This document shows, one piece after another, positions 33,406 through 43,988 of a stretch of DNA of 64,000 nucleotides. Made by a program: the position numbers and the translations under genes. Positions within the stretch are counted from its first letter, which is position 1; each line of letters opens with the position of its first letter. The notes beneath the pieces were generated by a model that was not told the DNA's origin, searched no databases, and worked only from the letters and a program-made list of their open reading frames with translations. The stretch is from IMG/VR virus record IMGVR_UViG_3300046616_000314, positions 497,117 to 561,116 of that record, one strand, 5' to 3'.

Positions 33406-34404
33406 ATGGCAACTCTAGCAGAAATTAAAGCTAAGCTTGAAGCTCAAAAGGCACGTACAGGCGGCAACAATAATAACCAACAATCGACTGGCGGCGACAA
33501 CGCCAGCTATCCTTTCTGGAACATGAACTTCGACCAATCGGCGACTGTTCGTTTCCTCCCCGACGCAGACGAAAGCAACGACTTTTTCTGGGTCAAGCGC
33601 GAAGTCATCAAGCTGCCGTTCGACGGCGTTGAAGGTGGCGACAACCCCTCAAATAAGCCTGTAGAAGTCACTGTTCCTTGCTTGGATATGTGGCAACCGA
33701 ATTCCTGCCCGATCATCCAACACACTAAGTCGTGGTGGAAGACCGACAAGGAAGAGATCGCACGTCGTTACTGGAAGAAGAAGTCCTATATCTTCCAAGG
33801 TTTCGTGATCAACTCGCCGTTTGAAGAACAAACCCTTCCCGAGAATCCTATTCGTCGCTTCATGATCAATGCCTCGATTTACGAGATCATTGAAAAGTCG
33901 CTGCTGAATCCTGAAATGGAAGACATGCCGACCGACTTCACTGGTGGTCGTGACTTCAAGATTCAAAAGACCAAGAAGGGCGAATACGCCAACTACGGTA
34001 CGTCGCAATGGTCCATGCGTACTCGCGCTCTGAACGAGCAAGAGTTGATCGCCATCGACCAACACAAGCTGTACGATCTGAAGGAATATCAGGGCAAGCG
34101 TCCTGATGCAGACGGCATCGAAGCTATCAAGGCGATGTTCTTGGATAGCTTGGACGGCAAGCCTTTCGATATGGAAAGCTACGGTAAGTATTACCGTCCG
34201 TACGGCACTCGTTTCGACAACGGCAACGCCCAAACCACTTCGGCTCCGAAGACCCAATCGACTGGTTTCACCGCCCCGGCGGCTGCTAAGGCAGAAGACA
34301 CCACCGTTGGTGCTGCTGAAGCTTCGGCTCCTGCGACCGAAGAAAAGAAGAACACTGACGATATCATTGCGCGCATCATGGCTCGCAAGGCTGCCGCTCA
34401 GTAA
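33406..34404 (+). CDS. single-stranded DNA-binding protein (gp32-like)
   Basis: ATVRFLPD, CLDMW...CPI, YWKKKSY, GRDFKIQKT...YANY; next to uvsX. Confidence 0.85.
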   Translation: MATLAEIKAKLEAQKARTGGNNNNQQSTGGDNASYPFWNMNFDQSATVRFLPDADESNDFFWVKREVIKLPFDGVEGGDNPSNKPVEVTVPCLDMWQPNSCPIIQHTKSWWKTDKEEIARRYWKKKSYIFQGFVINSPFEEQTLPENPIRRFMINASIYEIIEKSLLNPEMEDMPTDFTGGRDFKIQKTKKGEYANYGTSQWSMRTRALNEQELIAIDQHKLYDLKEYQGKRPDADGIEAIKAMFLDSLDGKPFDMESYGKYYRPYGTRFDNGNAQTTSAPKTQSTGFTAPAAAKAEDTTVGAAEASAPATEEKKNTDDIIARIMARKAAAQ

Positions 34405-34486
34405 TTTTTTCTGAACACAACTTTGTGCCGTGGGAGACTAACCGCGCTTCCACGGCATATTTTTTCCTTCATTTTATAGGCAATGA

Positions 34487-35593
34487 ATGACAAGACCAAT
34501 TGACATGACTAAATTTCGGAAAAAGGTCGATAAGTCCATTCCGAATATTTCTCAAGGCTTCAACGACCCGCGCACTTGGTTGAGCACCGGTTGTTATGCC
34601 CTGAACTATCTAATTTGTGATCGCTTCGACGGTGGTATTCCGCTTGAAGGCAAGTTCACAATGTTCGCAGGCGACTCCGGTTCGGGTAAGTCGTATATCG
34701 CTTCGGCAAACATCGTTAAGGATTGTCAAGACAAGGGCGTTTACGTTCTGATCGTTGACACCGAAAACGCCCTGGACGAATCCTGGCTGCATGACTTGGG
34801 CGTTGACACGTCCGAAGACAAAATGTGGAAGATTTCTGGCGCCACCGTCGATGACGTAGCTCAATTACTGGGCGAATTCATGGACCAGTATCGCGAAGAA
34901 AACCAAGCCAAGAAGTATGAAGATCGCGCCAAGGTGATGATCATCATCGACTCGCTTGGTATGCTGATCACGCCGAACCAAGAACGACAGTTCATGGAAG
35001 GCGACATGAAGGGCGACATGGGTCTGAAGGCTAAGCAGATCACCGCTCTGCTGCGCGTGACCATGGCTAAGATCGCTTCGCAACCCATCGGTCTGATTGC
35101 AACCAACCACGTTTATGACAGCCAAGATCAATACAAGCCGGATACTATTCCGGGTGGTAAGATGTTGGAATTCGCTTCGTCGGTTATCATTCAGATGAAC
35201 AAGTATCTTCTGAAGGAAGACGAAGACGGCACAAAGCTGGTTGGTGGTGCTGTTGCTGGTATTCGTTCGACAGCGGTGGTTCGTAAGAGCCGTTATGCTA
35301 AGCCGTTCGAAAAGGTTTATCTGAACATCCCTTATGACAAGGGAATGGACCCCTATTCGGGTCTGTTCGATTTGTTCGAAAAGAAGGGTCTCGTTGTCAA
35401 AGACGGTATGCGTTACGTTTATACTTCTCCGGTAACTGGTGAAGTTCTGAAGGATTATCGTAAGCGTTTCAAGGCTAATGGTTGGCTTGATCAAATCATG
35501 TCCGAACAAGAAGCTTGGGATCAACCCGCTGTTCAAGAAGGCTTCGACCTTACTGAAACAGCGAATGTCACCGATATTACTGAAGTAGAATAA
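34487..35593 (+). CDS. uvsX: RecA/UvsX recombinase
   Basis: STGCYALN, AGDSGSGKS, DTENA, IIIDSLG, ATNHVY, KSR. Confidence 0.93.
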   Translation: MTRPIDMTKFRKKVDKSIPNISQGFNDPRTWLSTGCYALNYLICDRFDGGIPLEGKFTMFAGDSGSGKSYIASANIVKDCQDKGVYVLIVDTENALDESWLHDLGVDTSEDKMWKISGATVDDVAQLLGEFMDQYREENQAKKYEDRAKVMIIIDSLGMLITPNQERQFMEGDMKGDMGLKAKQITALLRVTMAKIASQPIGLIATNHVYDSQDQYKPDTIPGGKMLEFASSVIIQMNKYLLKEDEDGTKLVGGAVAGIRSTAVVRKSRYAKPFEKVYLNIPYDKGMDPYSGLFDLFEKKGLVVKDGMRYVYTSPVTGEVLKDYRKRFKANGWLDQIMSEQEAWDQPAVQEGFDLTETANVTDITEVE

Positions 35594-35657
35594 CTAGTTA
35601 ACCCCCGGTGCGGATTTTGATCCATGGGGCGTAAATTCCGTGGAGTGTATACAGTAA

Positions 35658-35888
35658 ATGAAACATGAATGTCAGTTGATTGCGGAAGTATGGGATTTGT
35701 TCAGAGAGCATATTTCTACTTCTCGCAAGCTTGAAACAGCTATTGCTTTTCTTAAAATTTATGAAGAACATGGCGTAGAAAAACGAGACCTTCTCGACTT
35801 AGTTGAAGAAGACCCCTACCTAGCCCGTGCATTCGATGATTTGTACGGCGAGGAAGAAGAAGACGAAGAAGAAGACTACGAATACTAG
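35658..35888 (+). CDS. small acidic protein
   Basis: GGAG RBS; between uvsX and uvsY-like genes. Confidence 0.75.
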   Translation: MKHECQLIAEVWDLFREHISTSRKLETAIAFLKIYEEHGVEKRDLLDLVEEDPYLARAFDDLYGEEEEDEEEDYEY

Positions 35889-35896
35889 GATAGACA

Positions 35897-36376
35897 ATGG
35901 CAAGAAAATATTATTCAAAAATCGTTCAGAATCCAGATGATTATTCACACGTTGCTGACGCTCTTGAATATTTCGATGCCGAACTAGACAAAGCTTCGGC
36001 TGAGTTGAACCCCCACGGAAGAATCGAGGAAATCGCTCGATCTCTTCCGGGGATTGTCGAATTCCGGTTCGGACAGCTTCAGGAAATTGAAGCCATCATG
36101 AACTATCTAGAGCGTAAGGAAGACAAGGTAAAAGGCGACATCAAGCGTAATTACCTTGAAAACTACAATCGTGCTATTTCTGAACGTCTTGCGGACCAGT
36201 ATGCGAGCATCGAAAAGGAAGTGCTGAACATTCGGCAAATCCGAGAAGAAGTTTCTCTGGTTCGTAATAAATTTTTGGCGATCTCAAAGGGTTTGGAATA
36301 TCTTCATTTCCAAATCACCAACATCGTCAAGCTTCGGGTCGCTGGTATCGAAGATGCTGAACTAACCCGACGCTAA
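35897..36376 (+). CDS. uvsY: UvsY-like recombination mediator
   Basis: Helical protein ending KGLE...FQITNIVKLRVAGIED; synteny with uvsX. Confidence 0.75.
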   Translation: MARKYYSKIVQNPDDYSHVADALEYFDAELDKASAELNPHGRIEEIARSLPGIVEFRFGQLQEIEAIMNYLERKEDKVKGDIKRNYLENYNRAISERLADQYASIEKEVLNIRQIREEVSLVRNKFLAISKGLEYLHFQITNIVKLRVAGIEDAELTRR

Positions 36377-36816
36377 ACCAGCACCGTATAAAATACCGCG
36401 CTATTGATAACCTTGAGTAGGGTAATATCCCTCTCAAGGTTTTCTGTTTCTGCCTCATCGAATTCATATCCGAAAAAGCTGTAGGTGTGGGGCGTTCTGC
36501 TACCGTTGGAAAATATGTCAACCGCGTATTTGCGTTGCCATTTGAAATACATTCCACTTCTGTCTTTCGACAAAAAGAACTTAATTTCCCAATCATCGCC
36601 TCTTAGGAGATAATTGGAGGCATGTCGCGGTGTGTTTTCGGTTCTAAACCACGAATCTCGCGCTCGAATGATTACGCCTTTGAAGTCGTATACCATTTCG
36701 AGATTTTCAAATGTGCCATTTTCCTTAACGAATTTCCATAGTGACAACATTGCCACGGCATCCCAGTGGGCAATCTGGGTACGCAGAGAAATCGGATCGG
36801 GTGCCACAACATTCAT
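36373..36816 (-). CDS. hypothetical protein
   Basis: ORF; C-terminus weakly resembles the FKLKW family. Confidence 0.5.
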   Translation of the reverse strand: MNVVAPDPISLRTQIAHWDAVAMLSLWKFVKENGTFENLEMVYDFKGVIIRARDSWFRTENTPRHASNYLLRGDDWEIKFFLSKDRSGMYFKWQRKYAVDIFSNGSRTPHTYSFFGYEFDEAETENLERDITLLKVINSAVFYTVLV

Positions 36817-36871
36817 AGGTAATTGAAATAACATAAGTATAAATATTAGCAACCTTTATTATGTGGTTTTC

Positions 36872-38200
36872 ATGTCCGATATCAAACAATTCAAATTGGC
36901 GGGGCTATCGGGCAATGTGCAACTCGGTAAGAGTGGACCGCGCCTAAAAATCAACGGGACAGCCGTTGAAGTCCGCACGTCGGATGATACCTCCCTGGCA
37001 GTGCTGCGCGGTGCTCAAGGCTCTGGTTCTAACGATCTGGTCAACCTTACACAATTAAACAACGGGCTTGCAAACGCCGTCAATCTTTCCGCTTCGGCTG
37101 CATATGCCAACGCGACATTTTCAACGATCACCTATACCGACACCAAGGCTTCAGCCGCATATGTAAACGCCGCGCTTTCATTAGCTGCATCAATTACATA
37201 CGTTGATACGAAAGCTTCGGCGGTATATTCGAACGCCACGTTTGCAACATACACGTATGCCAATACTAAAGCAGATGCAACATATGCCAATGCAACCTTT
37301 GCATCCGGTTCATATGCCAACGCTACATTTGCTCCATTGTCCTTGGTCAATACCAAAGCTGACGCCACTTATACCAATGCTGCGTTAGCAAATGCTGCCA
37401 CTATCACGTACGCCGATACTAAAGCATCAGCGGCTTATGCCAACGCTACTTTCTCAACGATCACTTATGCAGATACTAAGGCTTCCGCCGCATATGCTAA
37501 CGCTACCTTTGCTACACAATCCATTGTAAATACCAAAGCCGATGCGGCGTATACCAATGCCGCGCTAGTAAATGCTGCGACCATCACTTATGCAGACACG
37601 AAAGCTTCCGCTGCATACGCGAATGCCACTTTTGCATCAGCAACATTTGCGAACGCGACGTTTGCAACGATGTCATTCACCAATGCCTCCATCCTGGCTG
37701 CTGCGTACACCGCAGGACCCGGTTTGTCTCTTACTGGACGTGCGTTCTCTGCGAACACGACAGGGGTCTCTACGGGGCTTGTGGCTAACAATATCGCGGT
37801 ACGTTCAACCGCGACCAATGGTCAAATTTTGCGTTCGATTGGAACGGCGGGAAGTGAGGCGACTTGGGGCGCCCTCGATCTTACCAATGCGAACAGTGTT
37901 ACCGGTGCATTGCCGGTCACAAACGGCGGCACGGGCGCCACCACGGCTGCTGCGTCACGCGCGGCTCTCGTAACACCAAGTTTTTATAGAGCAAGCTTTA
38001 CCAGTGCTAACGTGTCTAATGGGTCTTATGTCATCGCGCATAATCTTGGACAACAGTTTGTAGCTATTACTTTGGTCGATAACACCAATAGTGTAGTAAT
38101 GCCAGATAACATAGTAATGACTAATGCAACAGCTTCGACAATGGATTTGACTTCTTTTGGCGCGTTATCGGGAACGTGGCAAGTTATTGTATTAGGGTGA
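36872..38200 (+). CDS. repeat-containing fibre-like virion protein
   Basis: TATAAATA upstream; ~20-aa tandem repeats; GALPVTNGGTGATT; IAHNLG. Confidence 0.8.
   Translation: MSDIKQFKLAGLSGNVQLGKSGPRLKINGTAVEVRTSDDTSLAVLRGAQGSGSNDLVNLTQLNNGLANAVNLSASAAYANATFSTITYTDTKASAAYVNAALSLAASITYVDTKASAVYSNATFATYTYANTKADATYANATFASGSYANATFAPLSLVNTKADATYTNAALANAATITYADTKASAAYANATFSTITYADTKASAAYANATFATQSIVNTKADAAYTNAALVNAATITYADTKASAAYANATFASATFANATFATMSFTNASILAAAYTAGPGLSLTGRAFSANTTGVSTGLVANNIAVRSTATNGQILRSIGTAGSEATWGALDLTNANSVTGALPVTNGGTGATTAAASRAALVTPSFYRASFTSANVSNGSYVIAHNLGQQFVAITLVDNTNSVVMPDNIVMTNATASTMDLTSFGALSGTWQVIVLG
37087..37690 (+). repeat. degenerate ~60-bp coding tandem repeat (TKASAAYANATFxTITYAD)
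   Basis: About 9-10 units visible in the translation. Confidence 0.8.
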
Positions 38201-38203
38201 TAA

Positions 38204-38851
38204 ATGCGCTTCGGTAAAATTGATCAACAGACATCGAACAGTACGGTAAGCTATTTTCAGTTAGCTACGGGTCCTACGTCTGCACGTCCAAGTCCTGCGA
38301 CCAATGGGCAGATTCGTTATAATTCAACAAACAGTCGTGCAGAATACTATGCCAACACTGGTTGGAATAATGCTCCCATGTTTGGCAACACAACCATTTC
38401 TGTTCAAAATCTGACGTTACCGGATGCATCCCCGACCGGAAACATGATTTATTGGAGAGACCCGGCTACCTACAATAAAACGCTATCTGTAATGATGCTG
38501 AATTACCGTTTCTCGGTGGCGACTGCTTATAAAGACACATGGTTGCAGGTCGATCCTTCGATTACGGGTTCTAATGTTGGATACGTAGTGCCGACCGCCG
38601 CGACACTAACGTTTATGACTGGCTTTACGGATAACGCCTCCAATAAATCAATCTCGTTGTATGTGGATGACACCGAATACACTAACAGAATGATTTTCAC
38701 GTCCAGCGGTGACATTACGGACCAAGCGGTAAGTTCGCCGATCAATATTGATATCGCCGCCGGGCAAAAAATTCGCTTACGTGTTCGATCCGGTAGCGTT
38801 TTGAGCTTAGGATCGATAGTTTGTATCCTTTATTTCATGTTGAGAAAATAA
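38204..38851 (+). CDS. virion/tail-associated protein
   Basis: GPTSARP...GQIRYNST...EYY motif seen in fibre proteins. Confidence 0.65.
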   Translation: MRFGKIDQQTSNSTVSYFQLATGPTSARPSPATNGQIRYNSTNSRAEYYANTGWNNAPMFGNTTISVQNLTLPDASPTGNMIYWRDPATYNKTLSVMMLNYRFSVATAYKDTWLQVDPSITGSNVGYVVPTAATLTFMTGFTDNASNKSISLYVDDTEYTNRMIFTSSGDITDQAVSSPINIDIAAGQKIRLRVRSGSVLSLGSIVCILYFMLRK

Positions 38852-38852
38852 A

Positions 38853-39632
38853 ATGCCATCAATTTATAATCCTTCTACTACAGTAGATATTGAGATCGAT
38901 GATTTGGGTATTACCATTCATGCTCAACAAATTTTTGATATTACCTACATTCGTCGTCTCACAGTTGTAAATTCTGAGGGATTGCGTGCTGCAATCACTT
39001 CTGGTGATCTAGCATTTGTTTTGTCGGACATTGATAACGTCGTTACGACTTATAGCGTAGCAGATGGTCTAGAAATTATTGACCATGGTGTTTCGGGAAC
39101 GGACGTTGGTATCAACAAGCCGACTCGTCCTGGCATTGTTGAAGGTAATTTCTATGGTCCTTCCACTGACGCGGCTTTGATCAATGATGTCGTTCCAGCC
39201 GATCATTTGAATGCCATTCCCGTAAACTACATGAATGAAACATTCAATAGAATTGGAATTTGCGTAACGACTGCTGTTGCAAACACCTTTGTTAGACTTG
39301 GTGTGTACGGCAACAATAATGGCGCCCCTGGCGAACTTTTGCTCGATGCTGGTGTTGTCCCGTGTGACACCGCTGGAAACAAAGAAATCGTTATTGATTT
39401 CACTACTCCCAACGATTGGATTTTCGTGTCAACGCATACGAGCGGCGATGTCGAATGTAAATCTGTAACCGGTGTTGTCAGCGTCTTTGGTAATATCGAA
39501 GGTGACATTGAAAATGTTGTTCGCCATCTTCATACCGATTTGACCTACGACGGAAGTGGTCTTCCCGAAGAATTTCCTGCTTACACTGTATCCAGTAACT
39601 ATCCACCTTTTGTTTGGTTTAGAAAACTCTAA
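38853..39632 (+). CDS. virion/tail-associated protein
   Basis: VRLGVY...PGELL beta-sandwich-like; in the fibre operon. Confidence 0.6.
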   Translation: MPSIYNPSTTVDIEIDDLGITIHAQQIFDITYIRRLTVVNSEGLRAAITSGDLAFVLSDIDNVVTTYSVADGLEIIDHGVSGTDVGINKPTRPGIVEGNFYGPSTDAALINDVVPADHLNAIPVNYMNETFNRIGICVTTAVANTFVRLGVYGNNNGAPGELLLDAGVVPCDTAGNKEIVIDFTTPNDWIFVSTHTSGDVECKSVTGVVSVFGNIEGDIENVVRHLHTDLTYDGSGLPEEFPAYTVSSNYPPFVWFRKL

Positions 39633-40090
39633 TGGCAACACGTAATGAAACTTACGATAGCAATGGTAATTTGCTGTCGGTTGTAGATACTCGTTCGATT
39701 GAACAAGTAAAAGAAGTAAAGCGTCAAGAGATCAACGCATATCGCGAGGTCAAGCTTGATTCTGGATTGTGGTATCTTGGATACAACTGGGATACCGATG
39801 AGCGTAGTCGCGCCAACATCACAGGCATGACGGCTGGTATGGCATCTGGTATTCCGTTGCCAGCCGGTCTCACATGGCGTGATAGTAATAACAACAATGT
39901 GCCGTTTAATCAGACTAAGCTAGTAACGTTGGCTGGATATATTTTGTTATATGTCAATCAAGTCTACGGCGCTAGTTGGGCAATGAAATCGGTACTTGAG
40001 AATATGGAAACGCTTGAAGAATTAGACGCCTTTGATGTTCGCACGCAATCATGGCCCGATGGCGATATGGATGGCTCGCGCCCCGATTAA
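39632..40090 (+). CDS. DUF4376-like tail fibre assembly protein
   Basis: INAYRE...WDTDERSRANI...WRDSNN. Confidence 0.75.
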   Translation: MATRNETYDSNGNLLSVVDTRSIEQVKEVKRQEINAYREVKLDSGLWYLGYNWDTDERSRANITGMTAGMASGIPLPAGLTWRDSNNNNVPFNQTKLVTLAGYILLYVNQVYGASWAMKSVLENMETLEELDAFDVRTQSWPDGDMDGSRPD

Positions 40091-40527
40091 ATATTTTTGG
40101 CGGTAGACCGGAGCATCCAACGATGCTTTTGGTGAGCTTCGATACGATCACCTAGCAAATTTACGATGCCTTGTTCATTCATTTCGTCAGCGATATGAAG
40201 GGCTTCCGTCATCAAATCCACTATGATTTCGTGCGACGCCATCAGATGCACAAGCATTGCATCTGCGTCGATAGGCGACATGCCAAGTTCTTCAACTCGG
40301 CTCAATTCTAAGAAACGAGCCATACTGGCTGGTGCGTAAGCATCTAGCGTGCGAATGCTTTCGGCAATTTTATCATTTGCTTCCCACATTTCGGTGTATT
40401 GATCTTCCAACATTTTATGAAGTTGATAAAAATCTCGACCTTCCACGTTCCAATGCGCCCCGTGGGTCATCAGATAAAGGGAAAATGACGTTCCTAGAAC
40501 GGCGCGCATGGCTTCAATTAGATTCAT
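40087..40527 (-). CDS. dps: Dps / ferritin-like protein
   Basis: HGAHWNVEG, FYQLH, D..AE.IR, HQKHRWML. Confidence 0.93.
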   Translation of the reverse strand: MNLIEAMRAVLGTSFSLYLMTHGAHWNVEGRDFYQLHKMLEDQYTEMWEANDKIAESIRTLDAYAPASMARFLELSRVEELGMSPIDADAMLVHLMASHEIIVDLMTEALHIADEMNEQGIVNLLGDRIEAHQKHRWMLRSTAKNI

Positions 40528-40625
40528 AACGATCTCCTGTTGGGGATATTTATCAGTATATAAAAGTAGTTGACGGATTTTGGTGGCGTGTTATATACGT
40601 AACTGAAGTCAAGCGGAGACTAATT

Positions 40626-40940
40626 ATGGCGAAGCATCACGAACTGACGAATTCGAAAGACGGGCTGCTTCGTCTCACCGCGAAAATCGAAATTCGTCTG
40701 ACCTTGCAAGACATCGCCACCGCTGTTGTGGCGTCGAAAGGTTTCAATTTCGATGAGGAAGAGGGTCGTGATGAAATCATCGCGAAACTCGTTCCGTCGC
40801 GTCGCCGCGCCGTAGAGATTGCTACGGACGCCAGCACTTACCACGGTCGCGAAAACTGGTGGGAACGTGTGACTAGTTACGACGATGGCGAAGAAATGGT
40901 TGAAGCTGTTCTTCGTCATCTGGAAAAACTCTGGGCGTAA
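40626..40940 (+). CDS. hypothetical early protein
   Basis: TTGACG promoter; GGAG RBS. Confidence 0.7.
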   Translation: MAKHHELTNSKDGLLRLTAKIEIRLTLQDIATAVVASKGFNFDEEEGRDEIIAKLVPSRRRAVEIATDASTYHGRENWWERVTSYDDGEEMVEAVLRHLEKLWA

Positions 40941-41004
40941 TTACCGCTTGACAGTCTCGTTATTTGGTATATCTTACATACATAGCAACCACGGAGATTT
41001 ATTA

Positions 41005-41454
41005 ATGGCTACCCGCACTCGTAAGGCTCCCCGCACCATCCAGCACACCGTTCTGAGCGACTTCGGTCGCGCCCGCCGGGATGAACCCCACTTCCTCGTC
41101 TACAAGCACAAGATTTACGTCGAGAAGGAACGGGTCAACGCCGATCAAGTCCATGCGTGGCTGCAACTGCGCTATGCCGAATCCGCCAGCGGACACCGCT
41201 ACCGCGTGGTCGAATACATCCACGTCAACGGCAAGCGGTACGTGGACTACATTTTCATGGAAACCTGCACCGATGACGATCTGGCGTTCATGAAGCTGAA
41301 GTGGGGCTGGTCGCTGGACAAGGTGAAGCGCGGCGCCCGCGTTCCCCGTCGTCGCCTGTCGAAGGCGTACAAGACCCAACTGGACGACGAAATCGCCCAA
41401 CTGCGCGAGCGGTACTATGCCGCCCAAGCCCTGGAACGTGGCGAAGCGGCGTGA
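41005..41454 (+). CDS. FKLKW-motif family protein
   Basis: DDDLAFMKLKWG; TTGACA-16-TATCTT promoter. Confidence 0.7.
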   Translation: MATRTRKAPRTIQHTVLSDFGRARRDEPHFLVYKHKIYVEKERVNADQVHAWLQLRYAESASGHRYRVVEYIHVNGKRYVDYIFMETCTDDDLAFMKLKWGWSLDKVKRGARVPRRRLSKAYKTQLDDEIAQLRERYYAAQALERGEAA

Positions 41455-41613
41455 TCGGACGACGCCTCACGTGGGACCGCCCTAGGCGGTCCCGTCATGC
41501 GCGCCTTCAGGCTTTGACGGCGAGCATGATGATCCTCGGTGTTTCGCGCGAAGACGCTGAACGCCTCGCTCTCGCTGAAATCACCAAGTACGACTTGGTT
41601 TAAGGATAAAATC

Positions 41614-42468
41614 ATGGGTGCTCCGTCTGTCTGCGGTTTCACGAACCTTCCCATCGAAAATGGCGCCGACATCATGTTCATGGTGGTCAAGAAGCGTCCA
41701 TGGACTCATCTGGTGATGGGACCGCTCGATATGTTCGAACCTGTGACCACGCTCTATCAGGCTCGATACAACGAAGACTATGGTATCGTTGGGTTGACTA
41801 CTGAACAGTGCGTCGTTGTTGACGCCGCCTTGCGCGACATCGGCGGCGCCGAATATACGTTAGAAGACGGTATGTCCTATATCAATGATCTGCCCTCGGA
41901 TTGTTTTGCCTGGATGATGCTTCGGGAAGCTTATGACAATCTGCTTCCGACGCTTGAGTACATGCATTTTTCGAGGACTGACTACAAATTCAAGCCGATC
42001 ATCGAAGAAGAAAACCGGTTGCGCGATCTGATCATTCGCACCATGGATGTTTGCGGTAAACTCGCGGGCGTGGAAGATAACTCGGAACGTTACACGAAGG
42101 CGTTGGACTTACAACGTAAGACGCCCAAGCCTCACCAAAACAACAACGAATATACGACGGCGCAAGACGAAGAATATTTCACGTCGGTTGCTACGCGGCA
42201 CTTGCCCTGTTTTGCGATGGGTGAAGGCAACCGCACGTATTTTACAGAAAATCTCGCCAAGCGAATTTTCGCGGCTCCCCCTGGAACGGACTTTCATGCC
42301 ATCGGCTTGGAATTCCTGCCCTTCCACCGCCTGTATATGGCGATGAAGGTTTCGCGACGTGCTATCTTCCCGATCAATCGGGTTGGTCCGCAACAATACG
42401 AGCCGGAAAACCATCGACGGATCGCGGCGTTCATGGTACAACACGTGGATAGTGTTGGGGAAGACTAA
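41614..42468 (+). CDS. hypothetical protein
   Basis: AAGGA RBS; coupled to the next gene. Confidence 0.7.
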   Translation: MGAPSVCGFTNLPIENGADIMFMVVKKRPWTHLVMGPLDMFEPVTTLYQARYNEDYGIVGLTTEQCVVVDAALRDIGGAEYTLEDGMSYINDLPSDCFAWMMLREAYDNLLPTLEYMHFSRTDYKFKPIIEEENRLRDLIIRTMDVCGKLAGVEDNSERYTKALDLQRKTPKPHQNNNEYTTAQDEEYFTSVATRHLPCFAMGEGNRTYFTENLAKRIFAAPPGTDFHAIGLEFLPFHRLYMAMKVSRRAIFPINRVGPQQYEPENHRRIAAFMVQHVDSVGED

Positions 42469-43178
42469 TGGACGAGAAGTCGGCTCTTGATCAAATGGCG
42501 GAACTGCTGAGCCGGATTGAACCTCTCAATCCGAAGCTCGCGCCGTTCTTGAACGAGTACGATCCTCTTCCGGGGATGAAGGTTCTTCATCACCCGCTGG
42601 TTATCTCGTTGCCTCATTCGGAATTCCAAAACGCTTGGATCAACAAGCAATTCGAGCACAAGACTCAAGCCTTGGAAAAGGCTATCGCGGATCAGGACTG
42701 GTCTTCGTATATCTTCCTGCATGAACGCCCGTATAGGATCGATGCGCTATACACGCTTGTTTTCGATCTGGCTCCCGAAGAACCCGCGCTTTGGAAATTG
42801 ATCGGACAAGCTTGGTGCGATAGCGAAAACATTTATCAGTGCCAAGGTGAATGGGTTGATATATGGTCCATGGACACGCCGGGGCGCGAAGCTGCCATGG
42901 ACGACGAAGAACGAACCGCTCTAGCCGATATGGCAGACACGTTCACTGTCTATCGAGGCATGGGTCATGAGGAAGCCGTTGAAGGCATGTCTTGGACGAC
43001 CGACAAAACGGTTGCTACCAAGTTCGCTAAGCGTTTCACGCACGGTGATCGCCATCCCTACTTGGCTACCGGCAAGATTCGTAAGTCGGATGTTCTTGCT
43101 TACTTCACGGGTCGCAATGAAAGCGAAATCGTGGTCATGTGGGAAGACGTGACGGATATCGTGGTGAAGAAGCTATAG
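42468..43178 (+). CDS. putative ADP-ribosyltransferase-fold protein
   Basis: R-S-E pattern: VYRG...SWTT...ESEIVV. Confidence 0.6.
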   Translation: MDEKSALDQMAELLSRIEPLNPKLAPFLNEYDPLPGMKVLHHPLVISLPHSEFQNAWINKQFEHKTQALEKAIADQDWSSYIFLHERPYRIDALYTLVFDLAPEEPALWKLIGQAWCDSENIYQCQGEWVDIWSMDTPGREAAMDDEERTALADMADTFTVYRGMGHEEAVEGMSWTTDKTVATKFAKRFTHGDRHPYLATGKIRKSDVLAYFTGRNESEIVVMWEDVTDIVVKKL

Positions 43179-43430
43179 CGGTATCCTTGCCAGGGATACC
43201 GCCTTGTAGATGTTAGCAAGACACCATTTAAGCCTTAAGCGAGGCTTGGACTACTGTTTCCGCGACAGGTATGGCAGTCCAACATAGTAAGTTATTTTAG
43301 GCGCAACTTACAGGATCGTCGGGTTTTCTAATAAAACCCCAAAGACTGTCCACCGTTTTACGTCCAGACAGAAGACGGGCGTTTTTGTTGAGTAGCGCGC
43401 ACTTCCCAACAAACCCATCATACCCAACAC
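43178..43430. ncRNA. candidate structured ncRNA
   Basis: ORF-free 250 nt with at least six adjacent hairpins; G-U pairing favours the minus strand. Confidence 0.4.
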
Positions 43431-43486
43431 CAAAATTTTTTACAATAATTTTTGTAAACCATATTTCGGTGTGATATGGTCACGCC

Positions 43487-43972
43487 ATGTTCGAAATCAA
43501 TTTCCCGGTTGTTCTGTCAACCAAGCAATCTCCTGCTACGCATCAAACCCCGCCTCGCATCACGCATTTCGCGGTGTATGCGGAAGCATTCGGGCTGAGC
43601 GATATTAATGACTATGTGATGATTCAGACTCGTGAATTGCGAAAGCAGAGTAACGGCACAAATGGGCAAATTGTTTATTTTACAACCGACGAACGCCGCC
43701 AAGATTTCTTGAAATGGTTGGAAGATTATTCATCTTGGTTTGTTGATTGCAATATCGATAATTCCCAGATGCCTATGCTCCCGCGTTCGGGCACACATAC
43801 GGTATCATTCGTTCGTGCCACGAAACCTACTAATGAAGTGGGTGAATGGGATATCGGAAAAGAATGGTGCTGGATCGTTAAAAATTGTAAGAACCCGGTT
43901 TGGCGAACAAACGATCTATTCGCATTCACCGATGACGAAGAAGCCGCCCACTTCAAACTAACCATGCGATAA
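43487..43972 (+). CDS. FKLKW-motif family protein, possibly two domains
   Basis: FTTDERRQDFLKW and FTDDEEAAHFKL. Confidence 0.7.
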   Translation: MFEINFPVVLSTKQSPATHQTPPRITHFAVYAEAFGLSDINDYVMIQTRELRKQSNGTNGQIVYFTTDERRQDFLKWLEDYSSWFVDCNIDNSQMPMLPRSGTHTVSFVRATKPTNEVGEWDIGKEWCWIVKNCKNPVWRTNDLFAFTDDEEAAHFKLTMR

Positions 43973-43988
43973 GCCTCTAGGAAGCCCC

